Source: a virus (Duplodnaviria > Heunggongvirae > Uroviricota > Caudoviricetes). Taken from it: a stretch of DNA of 34,768 nt. This document shows positions 16,722 through 26,750 of this stretch, piece by piece. The number at the start of each line of letters is the position of its first letter. The stretch's first letter is position 1. A program made the translations under genes and the position numbers. The notes under the pieces were generated by a model that had not been told where the DNA came from, ran no database searches, and worked only from the letters and a program-made list of their open reading frames with translations. The stretch lies in IMG/VR virus record IMGVR_UViG_3300029258_003331; one strand, given 5' to 3'.

Positions 16722-17318
16722 ATGGCTGACAGAGTAGCCCTAATCGGAACCGCTACCGGTGGCTTGACGAAGCACGATCAGGCGTCTTGGACGCCTGGTG
16801 ACCGGATGGTTGACCCGGATGGCCACGTCATCGTAACGAGTGCGTCCACGACGGGGATGATAAATACGGTTCCCTTCTATGAGGGAAGCAATGCGCCGCC
16901 CATGATCAACATTGACGATTACGACTTCGAGGATGCGGCTGAGTTTCAAAACGGCACTGTTCAGGACGTGATTTTCAGGGTTGACGTCACGAACCTGGCA
17001 CAGAGTGGCATCAGGTTTGTCATGCGTTACTTCATGACGACTGCTCACACAGGGACGTTGCGGCTTCGACTGGATTATCGGATTAAGGACACGGGAGACG
17101 CCGTGAGTGGCGGCTCAAATTACATGACCCTCCTGACCTTCGACCCCGTAAACACAGCCAATGAGGTTGCATGGTTCAACGATGTTACTGTTCCTGCAGG
17201 TCGCGTGGTGGCGGCTACGCAACTTATTCACTGCAGGTTTTCGCGAATAGGAAATGACGTGGCTGACACGCACGATGGTTCTTTTTGTCTTCTGAACATT
17301 CAACCGGTTGTTCTTTAA
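16722..17318 (+). CDS. Hypothetical beta-rich virion protein
   Basis: GAGGAG RBS with ATG 16722. Jelly-roll-like composition; ends RIGNDVADT..F.L. Confidence 0.6.
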   Translation: MADRVALIGTATGGLTKHDQASWTPGDRMVDPDGHVIVTSASTTGMINTVPFYEGSNAPPMINIDDYDFEDAAEFQNGTVQDVIFRVDVTNLAQSGIRFVMRYFMTTAHTGTLRLRLDYRIKDTGDAVSGGSNYMTLLTFDPVNTANEVAWFNDVTVPAGRVVAATQLIHCRFSRIGNDVADTHDGSFCLLNIQPVVL

Positions 17319-17335
17319 GGTAAGGAGAAATTGAA

Positions 17336-19873
17336 ATGGCTGCTTATGTGGAAAGAAGGGTAAAAGAGGAGGTCGATAGTAAACATGCGACGACTGACAG
17401 TCTGATTACTACGGCTAGCTCGGAGGTAGATAGCAAACACTCCACTACCGACGCGCTGATCACTAGCAAGCATGCTACTGACGTGTCGATGCTTAACACC
17501 AACGAAACGCTGTTGGGCACTGTCGAATCCAAGGTTGACACGGTCGAGTCGAAGATTGACACCATTTCCAGTGGTGATGCTTCGGTGTCAATGCAGGACG
17601 TTATCAGTTCCCAGGTGGACACCAATGAATCTCTGCTCACCACTGTCAAATCAATGGCTGATACCAACGAAGCTGAGGTTGACAGCAAGCACGCAACCAC
17701 CGACGCGCTGATCACCAGCAAGCACGCTACTGATGCGTCGATGCTTAACACCAACGAAACGCTGTTGGGCACGGTTGAGTCCAAGGTTGACACGGTCGAA
17801 TCCAAGGTTGACACGGTCGAGTCAAAGATTGACACCATTTCCAGTGGTGACGCTTCGGTGTCAATGCAGGACGTTATCAGTTCTCAGGTGGATACGAATG
17901 AGTCTCTGCTCACCACCGTTAAGTCGATGGTGGACACGAACGAAGCCGAGGTTGACAGCAAACACACCACCACCGACGCGCTGATTACTAGCAAGCATGC
18001 AACCGACGCGTCCATGCTTAACACGAACGAAACGCTGCTGGGTACCGTCGAGTCCAAGGTTGACACGGTCGAATCCAAAGTCGATACGGTCGAGTCCAAG
18101 GTTGACACGGTCGAGTCAAAGATTGACACCATTTCCAGTGGTGACGCTTCGGTGTCAATGCAGGACGTTATCAGTTCTCAGGTGGATACGAATGAATCTC
18201 TGCTCACCACCGTTAAGTCGATGGTGGATACGAACGAAGCCGAGATTGACAGCAAGCACGCCACCACTGATTCTGAGATTGACAGCAAGCACACCACGAC
18301 CGACACGCTGATCTCGACGAAGCACACCGCGACGGATGCCGAGATTGACAGCAAACACACGACCACGGATGCCCTGATCACCAGCAAGCATGCGACTGAT
18401 GTCTCGATGCTGGACACGAATGAGTCTCTGCTTACCACTGTCAAATCAATGGCTGATACCAACGAAGCCGAGATTGACAGCAAGCACGCCACCACCGACG
18501 TGCTGATTACTAGCAAGCATGCTACTGACGTGTCGATGCTTAACACCAATGAGACGTTGCTGGGCACCATCGAGTCCAAGGTCGATACGAACGAGACCGA
18601 GATTGACAGCAAGCATGCGACGACTGATGCATTGGTCACCAGCAAGCACGCTACTGATGCGTCCATGCTGAACACCAACGAGTCGTTGCTCACCACCACA
18701 ATCAATGCTATTGGTGCGATCAGCAACAATATGCTTACCAAGATTGTGGCTCCTAGTGACTTTGAGCGGCCTGACTCAGGCTCAGCCAATGTGCGTTTCT
18801 GGGCGTATAACTACGATTCGTCCGGAAACATGGAGGCACCTGATAGCGCTCCGACCATCAAGATTACCGATGCGAGCGGCGCTACGATTGTTGCCGAGAC
18901 ATCCATGACCTCTGACGGTCGCACCCCGGACGCTGTCTATCGCTACGACTGGTCTGTCAGTTCTGCACAGGCTTTGGGTTCGTACTATGCAGAAGTCAAG
19001 GTGATTGAAAACAGCGTGACCCGGTACAACGGCAAGAGTATCGTGATTGTTGACAACGAAGGCGTTATTGGTGAGATTGACAGCAAGCACGCAACTACCG
19101 ACACGCTCATTGCCAGCAAACACACGACTTCAGATGCGTTGGTTACCAGCAAGCACGCGACTGACGTGTCGATGCTGAACACCAATGAGTCGATGCTCAC
19201 CACTGTCAAGTCGATGGCTGACACCAACGAAGCCGAGATTGACAGCAAGCACGCTACGACTGACGCTGAGATCGACAGCAAACATGCAACAACTGATGCG
19301 TTGGTCACCAGCAAGCATGCAACCGATGTCTCGATGTTGAACACGAATGAAACGCTGCTGGGCACTGTGGAGTCCAAGGTTGATACGCTCCAGGACAACT
19401 TCAGTCAGTTCGAGGAAAGCGTCTTTCTCAAGACAAGCGGTACTCTTACTGCTGATGGCAATGATGAGGAAGAAATCACCACAAGCGATTCCACGGATAC
19501 CGACTACAGTGCCGACACTTGCATCATGGCCTCCAAGATTATCGGTCAGGGCATGGGTGCAGTGGCGTGCCGTTCTGCTTATGTCGACGTCGGTTGGAAC
19601 GGTGAGATGGACGCGAATACGGGCAACTCCAAACTGATGGTTGTTGCTGGCTCGACGGCAACGGTCACAGGCGCGGTTGACCTGACGGATGACATCAACG
19701 AATCGACGACGAAGACAGGTCGTTGGCGTAGTGGTCAGATTAAGTTGGCTTCTATGGCTGACCTGCCGTTTACCGTGATGCTGTGTGGTCACGTTGATTC
19801 GGGTGGTGACACGTTGACCTGTAAGGGCTTTGCAGGCTCAACGGTTACGGTGGTTCACGAACTCGAAACTTGA
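17336..19873 (+). CDS. 845-aa Thr/Ser/Asp-rich repeat protein (probable virion fibre or stalk)
   Basis: AAGGAG RBS. Long repeat tracts interrupted by an Ig-like-looking beta segment, plus a beta-rich C-terminal domain. Confidence 0.7.
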   Translation: MAAYVERRVKEEVDSKHATTDSLITTASSEVDSKHSTTDALITSKHATDVSMLNTNETLLGTVESKVDTVESKIDTISSGDASVSMQDVISSQVDTNESLLTTVKSMADTNEAEVDSKHATTDALITSKHATDASMLNTNETLLGTVESKVDTVESKVDTVESKIDTISSGDASVSMQDVISSQVDTNESLLTTVKSMVDTNEAEVDSKHTTTDALITSKHATDASMLNTNETLLGTVESKVDTVESKVDTVESKVDTVESKIDTISSGDASVSMQDVISSQVDTNESLLTTVKSMVDTNEAEIDSKHATTDSEIDSKHTTTDTLISTKHTATDAEIDSKHTTTDALITSKHATDVSMLDTNESLLTTVKSMADTNEAEIDSKHATTDVLITSKHATDVSMLNTNETLLGTIESKVDTNETEIDSKHATTDALVTSKHATDASMLNTNESLLTTTINAIGAISNNMLTKIVAPSDFERPDSGSANVRFWAYNYDSSGNMEAPDSAPTIKITDASGATIVAETSMTSDGRTPDAVYRYDWSVSSAQALGSYYAEVKVIENSVTRYNGKSIVIVDNEGVIGEIDSKHATTDTLIASKHTTSDALVTSKHATDVSMLNTNESMLTTVKSMADTNEAEIDSKHATTDAEIDSKHATTDALVTSKHATDVSMLNTNETLLGTVESKVDTLQDNFSQFEESVFLKTSGTLTADGNDEEEITTSDSTDTDYSADTCIMASKIIGQGMGAVACRSAYVDVGWNGEMDANTGNSKLMVVAGSTATVTGAVDLTDDINESTTKTGRWRSGQIKLASMADLPFTVMLCGHVDSGGDTLTCKGFAGSTVTVVHELET
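17375..19390 (+). repeat. Coding repeats: 11-aa [I/V]DSKHATTD(A/S)(L/E), 7-aa VESKVDT and a longer unit repeated three times
   Basis: Visible in both DNA and translation, e.g. gacaccatttccagtggtga(t/c)gcttcggtgtcaatgcaggacg three times. Confidence 0.92.
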
Positions 19874-19938
19874 TGAGTAGTCTACGGGTGTGGGGTGCTA
19901 AAACCACTCCCACACCCGACATATGAAAAGAGGATGAT

Positions 19939-20979
19939 ATGAGAGTATCGGTATTTAGCACCAACCTATCTTTTTTTGGGCCAATTCAGGAGGCACTTCA
20001 AAAGGCGGGACACAAGGTTCACATCGGTTACAAGGACGGCATGCCAGGAGTCACACAAGGTCTTCATTTGAGTGATGCTTTTTGGCGCTCCGATGTCGTT
20101 TTTGTTGAGTTCTGTCAAGTGCCGATGCGACAAGTGCTTGATGTTTTCGCTGGCAGTAGGCGTGCGGTTGTCGTCGCGCGTATGCATCGTATAGAGATGT
20201 ATAACGCGCTGACGCAAGATCCCGATTTGAACTGGGACCGCGTTGATGTTCTGATGACCTCGGCGGAGCATGTTACAGATAGGTTTATGCAGAAACGCCA
20301 GGGGTTGTCAAAACCGAAAAGCGTTTTGCTCCATCCCACAAATGTCGCAGATGAAAGCCGGTTTTTCTACAAAGTCAGGAACTGGAAGCCTCCTTTTCGG
20401 ATTTGCATGCTGGGCAATTTTGTACCGAAGAAACGGCAGTATACGGCAATTCAGTATATGTACGACCTGAAACAGGAATTTGGACGTGACTTCAGGTTGG
20501 AGATTGTTGGCGCGAGGGGACAATGGGGAGGATACGGAAACCCGGAATACTACGAAAACTGCAAAGATTTGATTGCCGATTTGGATTTGCAGGACGTGGT
20601 GACGATATTTGACAAAGTTCCTCACGACGAGGTGCCTAACCTACTTGCGCGAGAGCATGCAATCATCAGCAACAGCAATGAAGAAGGGACTCATGTAGCA
20701 ATTGCAGAAGCAGCGATGACCGGATGTTTGCCGCTTTGTAATTGTTGGCGCGGTGTTCAGGCGGTTTATCCTGATCCGCAGGTGGCTTGGCATTTTAGAT
20801 CAGGGACGGAGTTTGTGGGTTTATGTCGCCGGATAAAGACGTTTCAGCCGGCAGAGCTAGAGGCAAGATCACAAGAGGTGGCAAAGGCGGCGCAAGAGAG
20901 GTATGCGGCACGGGATCGGTATGACAAACTGGTGCAATACCTCGAAGAGATGGTTCAAAAGAAAAGGCCGTCGCCATGA
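19939..20979 (+). CDS. GT-B glycosyltransferase (GT4-like)
   Basis: ICMLGNFVPKK and the EX7E-type motif SNSNEEGTHVAIAEAAMTG. Confidence 0.8.
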   Translation: MRVSVFSTNLSFFGPIQEALQKAGHKVHIGYKDGMPGVTQGLHLSDAFWRSDVVFVEFCQVPMRQVLDVFAGSRRAVVVARMHRIEMYNALTQDPDLNWDRVDVLMTSAEHVTDRFMQKRQGLSKPKSVLLHPTNVADESRFFYKVRNWKPPFRICMLGNFVPKKRQYTAIQYMYDLKQEFGRDFRLEIVGARGQWGGYGNPEYYENCKDLIADLDLQDVVTIFDKVPHDEVPNLLAREHAIISNSNEEGTHVAIAEAAMTGCLPLCNCWRGVQAVYPDPQVAWHFRSGTEFVGLCRRIKTFQPAELEARSQEVAKAAQERYAARDRYDKLVQYLEEMVQKKRPSP

Positions 20980-22010
20980 AGATTGCGCATTTCATCTTCT
21001 ACGGACCACGGCGGTCTGGGATGTACGAGACGACGCGTGACCTGTGTGCGGCTGAGTGCGCGCTAGGACACGACGCGAAACTCATTGATACTTCATGGAT
21101 TGGGAAAGGAAATCCGCCCGAAACCTCAAGGATTGATCGTGGTATCGAGGTGACCACTCTTGATTGGGCTCTGGAATGTGACTACCACGTTATGCACAGT
21201 CGCATCCATGACGAGGTATTCGGAAAAAAGCCGACGGTCCTGATCCTGCATGGTGCTCCGGAGTATTGTTTTTACTCGGAACTGTTAAACCACGACAAGG
21301 GTGACCGGAACTTCTCGACACTGTTGGCTTACAAAAGAGATGAGAGAGTCCAAAAGTTCGTAACCATGTGGCCGCGCCATTTGTCTTACTGGAGGGCAAT
21401 TTTAGGCGACGAAAATGTGCATCTTGTCAAAGCGCCGGTAAATCTGTCTGAATATAGTCCGGAAGGAAAAAAACACGAATTCCAGACACCAGGCCAGTTC
21501 AACGTGGGATTTTGTGACACCTGGAGACCGACGTTTTTCAAGGATCCTTTTCAGATTATCATGGGGGTGCGTGAATTTTGGAAATTGCAACCCGACATCA
21601 AGATGCGACTTTTTGCGATTCCTTCAACGCGGGACATTGTTTGGGATAGGTGCATAGGAGCAATCAAAAAGGAGGGTGACTTTTTTGGTGAGATATGGGA
21701 ACTCCACAGGGAAATGGCAACTGTCTACCGAGCCTTGGATGTAGTAGTGACAACGACGGTGGATGCCTCTCGCATCACTCGTGAATGCCTGTCCTGTGGT
21801 ACTCCTATTATCGCACCGGTTGGAAACCCTTATACGCCATATACGGTCGACATTGGCAATGCGGAGGCTTTAGCTAAGCGGCTCTGTGAGATTCGGGATT
21901 TGCTGAAGAGGGAACCCGAACGCGTCAAACAGGAATGCCTAGAAACCGCTTCACAGTTCAGCAGCGAAGGTACTGCTGAGGCTTTTGTGGAGGTGCTGAA
22001 ATCGCTGTAA
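20976..22010 (+). CDS. Second GT-B glycosyltransferase
   Basis: MKIAHF..SGMYE, ALDVVV..SRITRECLSCGTPII. ATGA overlap. Confidence 0.7.
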   Translation: MKIAHFIFYGPRRSGMYETTRDLCAAECALGHDAKLIDTSWIGKGNPPETSRIDRGIEVTTLDWALECDYHVMHSRIHDEVFGKKPTVLILHGAPEYCFYSELLNHDKGDRNFSTLLAYKRDERVQKFVTMWPRHLSYWRAILGDENVHLVKAPVNLSEYSPEGKKHEFQTPGQFNVGFCDTWRPTFFKDPFQIIMGVREFWKLQPDIKMRLFAIPSTRDIVWDRCIGAIKKEGDFFGEIWELHREMATVYRALDVVVTTTVDASRITRECLSCGTPIIAPVGNPYTPYTVDIGNAEALAKRLCEIRDLLKREPERVKQECLETASQFSSEGTAEAFVEVLKSL

Positions 22011-22084
22011 GCATCTGATCGGTATGGTCGGTCTTTTTCAGATCGGCTGGTTCGCGCGAGCGACCCTACTGTGAGGAGAATAGA

Positions 22085-22336
22085 ATGCCTGGCGGAAACA
22101 TCGGAAGACTAAGCGCACGTCGATTCAACGCTGCTTTTAACCCCTCGAATTACACACCTAGTTCTGTTGGTGATGAGTCTACCAACAAGATATCTGCTCA
22201 TCTCAAGGGTATCGACAATGCGCTTGCCTCGGCGACCGTTGGCGGTTCCGATGGCCAAGTCCAGTACAATAACGGCGGTGCTCTTCGGTTGATCTACTCG
22301 TCGAGTTGCAGATTTACTAAATTAGGAGGAACGTGA
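22085..22336 (+). CDS. Short protein made almost only of the N-terminal module also found in 25089-26264
   Basis: GG.IGR.SA.R....NYTP..VG.ESTNK.SAH.KGIDNALA is shared, as is the upstream ggagaatagaatg. Confidence 0.7.
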   Translation: MPGGNIGRLSARRFNAAFNPSNYTPSSVGDESTNKISAHLKGIDNALASATVGGSDGQVQYNNGGALRLIYSSSCRFTKLGGT

Positions 22337-22686
22337 TGGGCGATGTCCTGAAAAGCAAAAGAGTGTTGATTGGCAACAGCAGTACGGAGATCTTAGCTGC
22401 ACCCGGCACTACCGGGAACGTGTGTGTTGTCAATAACCTGACGTTCTTTAATATTGATGGCGTTAACGCTTGCGACGTTGATGTAACCATCAATGAGAAC
22501 GGCGGCGGAGATGTAGATTTGGTCAAAAAGCTGACAATTCCTGCCGGGACCGGTGTTTGTGTGTTCGGAGAAAAGACGGGCAAGCTTAATCTCCAGAACG
22601 AAGGTACTGCGGCGGATACGATTGACGCGACGGCGACATATGTCAACGATGTTGTCGCGTTTGTAAATTACGTAGAGAGGACATAA
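22336..22686 (+). CDS. Small beta-rich virion-type protein
   Basis: GGAGG RBS. GTG 22333 is an alternative start. Confidence 0.6.
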   Translation: MGDVLKSKRVLIGNSSTEILAAPGTTGNVCVVNNLTFFNIDGVNACDVDVTINENGGGDVDLVKKLTIPAGTGVCVFGEKTGKLNLQNEGTAADTIDATATYVNDVVAFVNYVERT

Positions 22687-22688
22687 CC

Positions 22689-24041
22689 ATGGGAGGCTTT
22701 GACCATTACTGCACGGTCGCCTGTCATGGAGACGGTGACCTTGCTCCGTCGCCACATCGGATTCTGCTATCTAATGGGGTGCAGTTTGCGAATTTTGCGC
22801 CTCCGGGGAAAGTAGGGTCCTTTTTCTTCAATGGGACAACCGCACCATCAAATCGATCATATGCGTGGACCGATAACGGTACCTGGCTGCCGTCGGGGTC
22901 GAACGACTACTACATTCGGGGTTGGATTTACTACACATCCACCATTGGAGCACGCCACACCATTTTCATCAAAAAGCAGGACGCGAATAACCTGCAGGAA
23001 TTCTATCTGCATACGGACGGTAAGTTGAAATGGACTGTGCGCGATACGTCCGTGGACCGTGTTGCTATTACTTCTAGTAGTGCAATTACCCCGAATAAGT
23101 GGTACCAGTTCAAGCTCGCTCGGGAAAGCAACACGTTTACGATGTATCTCGATGGTGTAGATGTAGGGAACGCATCGTATTCAGGTGCAGTTGCTTCTCA
23201 TAGCGGCATTTGCGTTTGGGGAGACAATACCGCCCCTTATGAATGGGTTGGTTTTATGGCTGACCTGGAAGTTGATGACAACGGTACCACCGTATTCAAG
23301 TGGGATGGTGGTGGTTGCGATGAGAGCTTTGCACCGAGCACCATAGTGACTAGCGACGGGAATCGACTGCGGGAGGCTGCTGGACCGTTTACTAACTCGG
23401 GGTCGTTTTATTTTGAAGGCACCTCTACATCCTATTTCATATACCCCTTCGCGGGTAACTACCGCTATCCGTTTGTTCTTGGTGGAAACGATTTCACAAT
23501 AGACGCGTGGATAAATCCATCTAACACGTCGGCGAGAGGTTTGTTTGCTTCTTGGGCGGATTATCGGTATGGGATGTCAGTTGGCTTCACGTCTCCGTTT
23601 GTCCTTGGCATTTGGGCGAGCAGCAATGGGACGTCATGGGATATCCTTAGAGCAGATACCGGATACAATGGTGTTGGTACCATCACTCTCTCAACCTCTA
23701 CGTGGCAGCACGTTGCTTTTTGCCACTGGGGTAACCGGTGGATGTCATTTGTGGACGGTGTTCTTGACGTGGATGTTACTGATTCGAAGGACATTTACGT
23801 TGCAAATGAAGGCATGAGAATTGGACTTTGGGGGTCTGGCAGTATGCAGTTCTCCGGCTCGATGGCAGAGATTCGCGTCAGCCGAATTGCTAGAATTGCC
23901 GACCCGACAGATCCCCTGTACATCCCGAGTGGGGATCCCAATGACGGCTTCACACCACCCACTGCGCCTTACACCAAACAGACGATCTACTCAAAGTTGC
24001 CAGTAATTGGTTGGGAAGACGCATTGATCCCTAGCCCGTAG
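22689..24041 (+). CDS. Protein with two LamG/concanavalin-A-like domains (fibre or receptor-binding)
   Basis: NKWY..KL.R..NTFTMYLDG and DFTIDAWI..TWQHVAF....MSFVDG..FSGSMAEIRVS. Confidence 0.8.
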   Translation: MGGFDHYCTVACHGDGDLAPSPHRILLSNGVQFANFAPPGKVGSFFFNGTTAPSNRSYAWTDNGTWLPSGSNDYYIRGWIYYTSTIGARHTIFIKKQDANNLQEFYLHTDGKLKWTVRDTSVDRVAITSSSAITPNKWYQFKLARESNTFTMYLDGVDVGNASYSGAVASHSGICVWGDNTAPYEWVGFMADLEVDDNGTTVFKWDGGGCDESFAPSTIVTSDGNRLREAAGPFTNSGSFYFEGTSTSYFIYPFAGNYRYPFVLGGNDFTIDAWINPSNTSARGLFASWADYRYGMSVGFTSPFVLGIWASSNGTSWDILRADTGYNGVGTITLSTSTWQHVAFCHWGNRWMSFVDGVLDVDVTDSKDIYVANEGMRIGLWGSGSMQFSGSMAEIRVSRIARIADPTDPLYIPSGDPNDGFTPPTAPYTKQTIYSKLPVIGWEDALIPSP

Positions 24042-24086
24042 ATTGCTGCGGCTGGGCCAATCTACAACTGCATAAGGAGAAATACG

Positions 24087-24410
24087 ATGGGTTTGGAGTT
24101 TACTGGCGAGAATGCTGGCTCGGTCCAGACTGTTCAACTGGACGACGTGGACTACTGGCATGTGTGGAAGATCGAGGATTACCCGAGAGAGGGCGTTCTC
24201 GACGTGTGGCTGCGCGGGTACAAGACCTACACAGAGCGCAGCACTAACGGTCTGACGGCGATGCGCTTGGAAAAAGGTCCGATCCGTATCGAGGGCGACG
24301 ATTACAGTGAGGACATGACGCTTGCGGAAATTTATGCGCATGTTCAAACACTTGACGACGGAGATGGTGTTGATTGGACCGTATCTTCAGACAAAGATCC
24401 GGATGCGTAA
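24087..24410 (+). CDS. Hypothetical protein (fibre-associated)
   Basis: AAGGAG RBS, 107 aa. Confidence 0.65.
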   Translation: MGLEFTGENAGSVQTVQLDDVDYWHVWKIEDYPREGVLDVWLRGYKTYTERSTNGLTAMRLEKGPIRIEGDDYSEDMTLAEIYAHVQTLDDGDGVDWTVSSDKDPDA

Positions 24411-24516
24411 TTGGCTGGATCACACGCTTGTGGGTGATCTAAGGAACGATGAGATAGATGATGAGACAGTAGACGCTCAATTGTGCGTCTGATGGGATTG
24501 ACAAGGAGCAGTGACG

Positions 24517-24990
24517 ATGGCGGAGGAAAAGAGGAAGTTTGACTTAACGAACGCAGATGTACACAGGAAGGTGGACGGGCTTGTCGCGCTTGGTCAAGAC
24601 CCAACGACACCATTTGCCCTTGCGTTTCGGTGTACTCGTAATCACCGGATTCTTGAGCCTCTCTCGAAGGCGAGTTACGATGTCCGAGAGAACATCGGGA
24701 GGGCGTTCGCGGAGAAGACGGAAGAAGGAGAACCGCGCCAAGTCGAACTTCCTGGACAGGCGGGAACCTACATGTGGGACATCCCGGCCGAGAAGCAGGC
24801 GAAGTACAACAAAGCAATGCGCGAGCACATGGACGAGGTTAACAAGGACGTTGAACTTTACATGGTGCATTCTGCGGCGTTCAGAGGTGTCAAAGAGATT
24901 GCGGGAAACATCCTTTTCGCAATCTTTGACATGATTGAAGACCCAGATAAATTGGAAGCAATGTTTCCACTAGAGGAAACTAAACAATAA
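24517..24990 (+). CDS. Hypothetical protein, possible fibre chaperone
   Basis: AAGGAG RBS. Charged helical protein between fibre genes. Confidence 0.6.
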   Translation: MAEEKRKFDLTNADVHRKVDGLVALGQDPTTPFALAFRCTRNHRILEPLSKASYDVRENIGRAFAEKTEEGEPRQVELPGQAGTYMWDIPAEKQAKYNKAMREHMDEVNKDVELYMVHSAAFRGVKEIAGNILFAIFDMIEDPDKLEAMFPLEETKQ

Positions 24991-25088
24991 CGATGACATA
25001 GCGGTCTGTTGCGGTGCGACCACTATCCCGAAACATGGTTCTTGGTCAAGCCAGATTGCTATGACGGTCGTACCGTAAGGAGAATAGA

Positions 25089-26264
25089 ATGGCTGGCGGA
25101 AGCATCGGAAGACACAGCGCAGCCCGCATACAAGCCGTACACACGGCAGTAAATTACACACCTGTCGCAGTTGGTAGTGAGTCCACAAACAAGGTATCCG
25201 CACATATCAAGGGTATCGACAATGCCCTTGCTGCTCTCGCTTCTGATGGGGCGACTGGTCGAATACAGATAAGCGATGGCGCTGGCGGATTTACGAGTTC
25301 GGCAAACCTTACATACTCATCCAACATTTTCAAGGTTGGCACTACTCAGAACGTGTCCATAGGGAACACTTATGACGGTGCTGGTGGCTGGGCAAGTAAT
25401 AGGAGTGCCGTTGTTCTTGATAACGGGACCATTCGTGGCAGCTTTCAATTGAACCCTTCCGGTGGGATGATCCTGTGCTCGGAGACAAACCATAGGCTAG
25501 CTATCGGTATTAACAATGCTGAATATCTGACGTTCGAGACTGCAGGGTACATCGCTACGCTATCCGGGATCGAGGTGTGCGCTCTCCAAAGTGGAGATCG
25601 GAATTCGCTGATTGACTTCCATTCAGACGACACATACACCGACTATAGCCTACGAATTATACGCTCCCCCGGTGCAAATGGGGGCGCAAGCATTACGCAT
25701 CGTGGTACGGGTATTTTTGAGATTCGCACCGTTGAGGCTGCGCCTATCGACTTTGTGTCTAGTAGCTCTTTGCAGTTGCGTATCGGAAATATCACCAGTG
25801 CCGTCAACTACGCATTCATCAACGGGTCCACAAGTACAAATCCAGTGACTCTCGGTGCGTGGGGTTCCGATTCCAATATTGATATTGCACTGACTCCAAG
25901 AGGGACAGGTTGGGTTAAGTCAGACAGACCGATTCAAGCGGGCGGCAGCGGCGCGGCAGACAATTTCCTCAATATTTCATTGTACCAGGTTGGGTCCGGA
26001 GCCACGGGTTACATCGCTAGTGACCCGTCGGTAACAGCTGCGGCCATTCGCAATAGCTCTGGTCAAGACGTTTTCTCGGCGCTCCAGAATCGTGACGTTA
26101 CCATTACTTATGGTGGCTTGGTCTTTCAGGGCAGTACCGTAACTTCCACGGCAAACGGTACGATGTATTGGAACGGTTCGGACTTCTTGGGTCGAAAAGG
26201 CGGCGCTTGGGTGTCGTTTACAAGTGCGGGTGGTGACGCTCTGGTCGATGACCAGATTTACTAA
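25089..26264 (+). CDS. Tail-fibre-like protein
   Basis: G/S/T/N-rich. IDFH....DYSLRI and STSTNPVTLGA.G.DSNIDI.L.P.GTG fibre-type modules. N-terminus shared with 22085. Confidence 0.75.
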   Translation: MAGGSIGRHSAARIQAVHTAVNYTPVAVGSESTNKVSAHIKGIDNALAALASDGATGRIQISDGAGGFTSSANLTYSSNIFKVGTTQNVSIGNTYDGAGGWASNRSAVVLDNGTIRGSFQLNPSGGMILCSETNHRLAIGINNAEYLTFETAGYIATLSGIEVCALQSGDRNSLIDFHSDDTYTDYSLRIIRSPGANGGASITHRGTGIFEIRTVEAAPIDFVSSSSLQLRIGNITSAVNYAFINGSTSTNPVTLGAWGSDSNIDIALTPRGTGWVKSDRPIQAGGSGAADNFLNISLYQVGSGATGYIASDPSVTAAAIRNSSGQDVFSALQNRDVTITYGGLVFQGSTVTSTANGTMYWNGSDFLGRKGGAWVSFTSAGGDALVDDQIY

Positions 26265-26344
26265 GACGGATTGGCGCGAACACAGGCGATTTACGAAAAT
26301 TGAGAATTTTTCAGAATTTTCGCTGCATTTCTGATTTTGAGGGG

Positions 26345-26350
26345 TATAAT
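26345..26350 (+). promoter_or_regulatory. -10 box ahead of the tRNA array
   Basis: TATAAT 12 nt before tRNA-fMet. No convincing -35 box. Confidence 0.45.
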
Positions 26351-26362
26351 GCAGAATGAGAT

Positions 26363-26439
<77 letters not shown>

Positions 26440-26691
26440 GAACGTAACTGCAGGCATTCCTGCTGCCCCTTGAGCCCGACCAGCAGGTTTGTCTGCGATT
26501 TGAGCAACGAGGCGAGACATGTACCGGACTACACAGATATCACAATCAGGATCATCGCATCCAGCCGTATATCATCGCGGTTTGGGATGCGCTGTGCTTC
26601 TGCCGGTCAATCTGTCGTGCGAGGTCAGTGAATCCCTACAAGATGATTTTGGTCCCGCACCCTGAGCCCCGACGGAGATAGATGAGATTAG

Positions 26692-26723
26692 AACCGCCGG
26701 GGCAAAAACCCCGGCGGTTTTTT
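26692..26723 (+). terminator. Intrinsic terminator directly upstream of the HNH gene
   Basis: AACCGCCGGGG / CCCCGGCGGTT 11-bp stem followed by a T-run. Confidence 0.85.
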
Positions 26724-26750
26724 ATTGGTGCAGAAAGAGGGGGGTGCGCA

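Noticed and set aside
17375-19390. CRISPR array or DGR template/variable repeats
   Set aside because: Repeats are in-frame, vary at synonymous sites, lack unique spacers or adenine-specific differences, and no cas or reverse transcriptase gene is present.
24995-25075. Long intergenic hairpin before the fibre gene as a self-cleaving ribozyme
   Set aside because: No hammerhead, twister or pistol core recognised on either strand; may be a simple processing stem.
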